A stretch of DNA of 64,000 bases from a virus. Under the pieces are notes generated by a model. The model was not told the origin of the DNA, searched no databases, and saw only the letters and a list, made by a program, of their open reading frames with translations. Both the position numbers and the translations under genes were made by a program. The stretch lies in the IMG/VR virus record IMGVR_UViG_3300008997_000008. One strand, 5' to 3'. Position 1 is the first letter of the stretch; every line of letters begins with the position of its first letter. Positions 60,311-64,000 of the stretch are shown here, piece by piece.

Positions 60311-61767
60311 TAGGAACTCCTCGGGGAGGATGACTGCGGGTTGTTGAATTGCTCCCACTGGGAGAGCAGGGAGCCGACCCGGACAACAACCCGGAATTCG
60401 GCGGGACTGATGCGGCGACCCAGGAGGTGCTGCATCCGATTCACGTACTGCTGAGTTCCAGCGTAGCGAGAAGAGGAGCCAGCCTCGAGAGCGGCGCGAT
60501 AGATGGAGACGGGGATCCGGATATCGTGGGCGATGTTGATCCGAGCGACCGAGTCGACGAGAGCGATCTGAGAGGTCGCATGCCGGAGAGCCGTTTCCAC
60601 CGCGATCTTGTAGCGACGGCGGGTGTTGGAGGCTACCCGGGTCCGGGCTTCCCTGTTCAGAGTGTCATTGGGCCAGTCGGAGTCCCCAAGGGTCTTGTCA
60701 CCCTCATCGGAACGCATCTCGGAGCGGAGGCGGTCCTGCACGCGGTCCTTGACTCGGTCAACCAGGTCATCTTCGAGCTTCTGGAGAGTGTCCTTGGTCT
60801 CGGGCTCCGGGGTTGGCTCTGGCTCTTGATCCTCGTTGTCCTCGTCCCCTTGTCCAACCAGGAACCTTTGGGGGTCGAACTTGGCTGCCTTCATCATGGC
60901 AGCCTCCGACCACGAGGGACCTTGACTGGCGAGGATCCGGCGAATCTCGGACTCGCGCTCATCGAGGTTGGCGATCTGCAGGATGTTTCGCATCACCGCG
61001 CCAGTGAAAGCCGGGATCCCAACCCAGCTGGCTTCGATGAAGTTGACACCCCCCGTCTCGTTGTGAGAGATGTGGCCGCAGAGCTCGGCGATGATCCGAC
61101 GCTCGTTCCGCTCGTCGAGGAAGGTGTCGAGCTTGGCAACCTTGACGTGGTCGCAGAGGTCGGTCTCGTCCACCGCCACGTGTCCGCACTTGGTGCAGAT
61201 CGTGAAGTCGGTGGTACAGCCCATCGAGAGGGTGTTGAGACGTCCGGACTTGATGTCCGAGATCAGGGAAGCATGCTTCCGATTGGTCGCGACCAGGATG
61301 TCGATGTAGACCGAGTCCCCAACATCCCGAGCGACCGCATCGATGATCCGGCCCTTGGACTTGGAGGCAACCTGGACATGCTCGAGGAAGTTGTGGCCCC
61401 CGACGAAGGTCGGATAGCTGGCCAGCAGCACTGGGCGAGACCAAGAGTCCCCGTTGTTGTTCACATACTGGGAACTGGTGGGCCTGATGTAGTAGTCGCC
61501 ATAGCGACGGTCAATGGTCGAGTTCCCTACCTTGACAGTGCCCATACGGACACCCGGGACGGGATCGATATCCACCGACGCCACGATGGTGCAGTGCGAG
61601 AAGAGGTACTTGTCGGGATCCAGAGGCCCGCCGAGGATCAGACGAGCCTGATCCGACAGGTTGGCCGAGGAAGCCCCGGACGTCGCCTTCCGACGCATTT
61701 TGCCCCAACCACGCCCGGTGATCCGGGGATGGGTGAGCATCGCATATGCTTTCTTGGAGTGAGCCAT
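60310..61767 (-). CDS. Prohead maturation protease (HK97 gp4/assemblin-like) with a Zn-ribbon insert
   Basis: NFLEH (His), LSMG (Ser), CTKCG...C.H insert, FIEASWV..PAF..A; position upstream of the scaffold. Confidence 0.8.
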   Translation of the reverse strand: MAHSKKAYAMLTHPRITGRGWGKMRRKATSGASSANLSDQARLILGGPLDPDKYLFSHCTIVASVDIDPVPGVRMGTVKVGNSTIDRRYGDYYIRPTSSQYVNNNGDSWSRPVLLASYPTFVGGHNFLEHVQVASKSKGRIIDAVARDVGDSVYIDILVATNRKHASLISDIKSGRLNTLSMGCTTDFTICTKCGHVAVDETDLCDHVKVAKLDTFLDERNERRIIAELCGHISHNETGGVNFIEASWVGIPAFTGAVMRNILQIANLDERESEIRRILASQGPSWSEAAMMKAAKFDPQRFLVGQGDEDNEDQEPEPTPEPETKDTLQKLEDDLVDRVKDRVQDRLRSEMRSDEGDKTLGDSDWPNDTLNREARTRVASNTRRRYKIAVETALRHATSQIALVDSVARINIAHDIRIPVSIYRAALEAGSSSRYAGTQQYVNRMQHLLGRRISPAEFRVVVRVGSLLSQWEQFNNPQSSSPRSS

Positions 61768-61768
61768 T

Positions 61769-62602
61769 CTATGCGCAGCTTGGGTTGTTGACGATGTCGG
61801 AACTCTTCCGCCGAGCCCAATAGGCTCTGAGAGAAGCCGCTATCTTGTTCCGGGTTTCCTCAGAATGCGGTTTCCGAGGCCCCTGCTTCGAGACGGAAAT
61901 CCGCGCACACTGCTCCGGCGTGCGCTTCTGCCCCTGGAGTTTCTCTGAGATCTTGGCTTTGGTCTCAGCGGTGTGAGGGCGTCCAGGCCTCCCCTTTCGG
62001 GCTTCTGACATAGCCTGGCAAATGGCAGGGGATCTCTTCTGTCCTCGGTTGGAGTCAGCTATCTTCGCCACTGTCTCCGGGCTGTGGTTCCATTTCCTAC
62101 GAGACACGGACATCTTCTTCCGGGTTTCTTCGGAAGCCTTGGTCCCGGTACGTGCTTGCCGAATCCTCTCGCAAACCTCAGATGTCCTCTTTCGCCCCTT
62201 GTTGGCGATCGAAATCTTCCTTCGCGTCTCTGCCGACATAGTCTTCCCAAGCCGCGCTGCAGAACGTTTCAAACGAACTTCGTCTGAAACGTAAACCGAC
62301 CCTTCATCTGTCCGGACATCCCCGATATTGTAGCCCTTGTCTCGGTTGTGGGTATCGAAGTGGCCACACCAGAACGCTTCCCTGTGGGCCCGCGTCATCG
62401 CATCCGGGACTACCTCAAGAATCTCAAACTGAAAGGTGGAGGATCCGTAAAGGTTCCAGGACCTCTGGAGATGGTTGTTGCAATGAGACCCCGCCACCAG
62501 CGAACGTTCATGGCCTCGCCACCGGGCCTCCATATTCTTGGATCTCCCGACGTACCTCTTCCCATTCTGGGTGTTGAGGATGGAATAAATGCCCGGAGTC
62601 AT
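61769..62602 (-). CDS. GIY-YIG homing endonuclease with NUMOD3 repeats
   Basis: GIYSI...RYVGRS...RW..H...FEILE...N; repeated S.ETR.K.S...G.K. Confidence 0.92.
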   Translation of the reverse strand: MTPGIYSILNTQNGKRYVGRSKNMEARWRGHERSLVAGSHCNNHLQRSWNLYGSSTFQFEILEVVPDAMTRAHREAFWCGHFDTHNRDKGYNIGDVRTDEGSVYVSDEVRLKRSAARLGKTMSAETRRKISIANKGRKRTSEVCERIRQARTGTKASEETRKKMSVSRRKWNHSPETVAKIADSNRGQKRSPAICQAMSEARKGRPGRPHTAETKAKISEKLQGQKRTPEQCARISVSKQGPRKPHSEETRNKIAASLRAYWARRKSSDIVNNPSCA

Positions 62603-63078
62603 CCCCCACCCCCCATATTGACGATATCAGAACTTTTGATCAGGAAGAGACAGGACTTGCAACCGAGGAGCCGCTCGCTGGCGCCGTCCAACCTTTTGTA
62701 GATGGCGCGGCTGAGCTTGGGCTTGTCCGGGCAGCGAGGGCAGCAGGGACAACCATCGATGATCTCAGGACGAGACATCCGATACTTGCGATCCCGCTGA
62801 GCCCAGTAGAGTGCCACCTTGGTAGAACTCGGTCCGGTGACCGAGTTGGTCTTCGGGGGGTCAGGATCTCCATCAGGAGTGAACTTCTGGAGATCCTCTG
62901 CCGGAAGACGACGGTTCCCCGTCGCGAACTCCACATCCACCATCCCGACGGCAGGCCACACATTGGTGACCCGTCCTGCCTGGTCCACGGAATATCCGAA
63001 GGGGGCAGCGAGGTCCCCTTCGGAGAACTCACGAGCCCGAGACTGGAAGTCGACGAAGTTGGAAGCGGAGCGAGTCAT
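62599..63078 (-). CDS. Hypothetical head-region protein with an SH3-like N-terminus and Zn ribbon
   Basis: GRVTNVWPAVGMVDVEF; CPRC...GCKSC. Confidence 0.65.
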   Translation of the reverse strand: MTRSASNFVDFQSRAREFSEGDLAAPFGYSVDQAGRVTNVWPAVGMVDVEFATGNRRLPAEDLQKFTPDGDPDPPKTNSVTGPSSTKVALYWAQRDRKYRMSRPEIIDGCPCCPRCPDKPKLSRAIYKRLDGASERLLGCKSCLFLIKSSDIVNMGGGG

Positions 63079-63092
63079 CCGATCAGATCGAC

Positions 63093-63983
63093 CTACGCAA
63101 AGAGGTTGAAGGGGCCCGCGACCTTGTCGGTCTGGGAGGCTTCCTTGTCGGTGTCCTCAGCATCCTCGTCATCAGAGGCAGCCTTGGACTGTGCTGCGGA
63201 GAAGGCCTCCATGAAGTCGTCATGGGCCGTGGTGACGCGCTTGGCCGCCCCGGAGACCAGACCGACGGCGTTCTGGACCACCTGAACGATACGCTGCCAG
63301 GTCTTGGACAGGGTCTCCTGGAACCGGGCCAGAAGATCGGCGAGGCCCGCCGTCTTGCCGGAGGCGGTGAGAGCACGCTGCTCGAGCTCGAAGCCCTTGA
63401 AGGCGATCCGCAGGTTCTTCTCGGCATCCCGGAGGGCCGACTGGGTGGTGGCGATGAAGTCAGCGACCTCAGCGCCGTAGCGCTCAGTAACGGCCGTGAG
63501 GAGCTCCCCCTGAACCTGGTTGGGAGTCCGGCGGACCTGGGTGACCTTGAGGCGGGCACGAGCGCCCACCAGAGCTGTCTTGCGCTCGATGATGATGTCT
63601 CCGATCTGCCCCAGGTGCTGCTTGTACCCGTCGACGATGGCCTTGTGGATCTTCTTCTGGCCGGCGTCCAGAACCGAGCCTTCCCGCAGGAGAGGGCCGA
63701 CGGCCTCCTCCACCTGGGCGGAGATCTCAGCAGCCTGGGTCGCGAGGCCCTCCAGCTCACGGATCTGAGCGGTGAACCCTGCGTAGCCGGGGACAGAGGA
63801 AGCGGTGGTGGTCTCTCCGATGACGGAGAGATCCATGTCCGCGTTCTTGGGGAAGTTCTCAGAGGCACGCCGCTCGATGACATCGGAGAGAAGATCGGTC
63901 CGCAGGGCATAGTCCCCGGCGATCTTCGGGTCGATGCCCAGCAGAGCGAAGTGGGTCTGGATCGTATCGGCGACGTTGTCCAT
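63093..63983 (-). CDS. Helical hypothetical protein, possible head-internal protein
   Basis: High codon bias; shares the DTDKEAS peptide and a 20-nt exact sequence with the scaffold gene. Confidence 0.65.
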   Translation of the reverse strand: MDNVADTIQTHFALLGIDPKIAGDYALRTDLLSDVIERRASENFPKNADMDLSVIGETTTASSVPGYAGFTAQIRELEGLATQAAEISAQVEEAVGPLLREGSVLDAGQKKIHKAIVDGYKQHLGQIGDIIIERKTALVGARARLKVTQVRRTPNQVQGELLTAVTERYGAEVADFIATTQSALRDAEKNLRIAFKGFELEQRALTASGKTAGLADLLARFQETLSKTWQRIVQVVQNAVGLVSGAAKRVTTAHDDFMEAFSAAQSKAASDDEDAEDTDKEASQTDKVAGPFNLFA

Positions 63984-64000
63984 CGCCGAAGTCAGGTTCC

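Noticed and set aside
61060-61250. Cys-rich insert in the protease as an intein
   Set aside because: No Hint blocks (no TxxH, no terminal HN/SN followed by C/S/T). The pattern fits a Zn ribbon.
1-64000. Genome-wide stop-codon recoding
   Set aside because: Long genes (up to 1780 aa) are intact in code 11, and TGA, TAG and TAA all end genes at coupled junctions. At most, low-level suppression is plausible.

Overview
This 64-kb window is part of a large, GC-rich (roughly 60-65% by eye) tailed dsDNA phage genome, most likely a myovirus. The host cannot be determined from sequence alone. Structural genes lie almost entirely on the minus strand: prohead protease, scaffold, decoration protein, HK97-type major capsid protein, three modular tail fibres, a 1780-aa baseplate/tail protein, a baseplate wedge subunit and a neck protein. 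Cassettes of small non-structural genes are interleaved with them. No terminase, portal, sheath or polymerase gene is visible in the window. Main observations: (1) The neck/head-tail adaptor gene is fractured into two ORFs that carry the halves of an atypically split intein (37-aa acidic IntN, 130-aa IntC with a basic N-terminal segment), with a free-standing PD-(D/E)XK endonuclease between them, which implies protein trans-splicing of a virion protein. (2) Two tandem RecA-fold proteins have degenerate Walker motifs. (3) pyrC, pyrD and pyrE have intact-looking catalytic motifs. (4) Two paralogous sulfotransferase-like genes flank the baseplate wedge gene. (5) An atypical tRNA has UUA (ochre suppressor) as its best-register anticodon. 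(6) Two fixed-spacing promoter-like motifs recur: GTTTCC-N16-CGTAAC before non-structural genes and (CGG)T-N7-(C)TAT before virion genes. (7) A recurrent K/R-x-A motif in head proteins and predicted packaged effectors, including an R-S-QxE ADP-ribosyltransferase, may mark prohead-protease sites. All family calls come from motifs recognised by eye. No database search was run.
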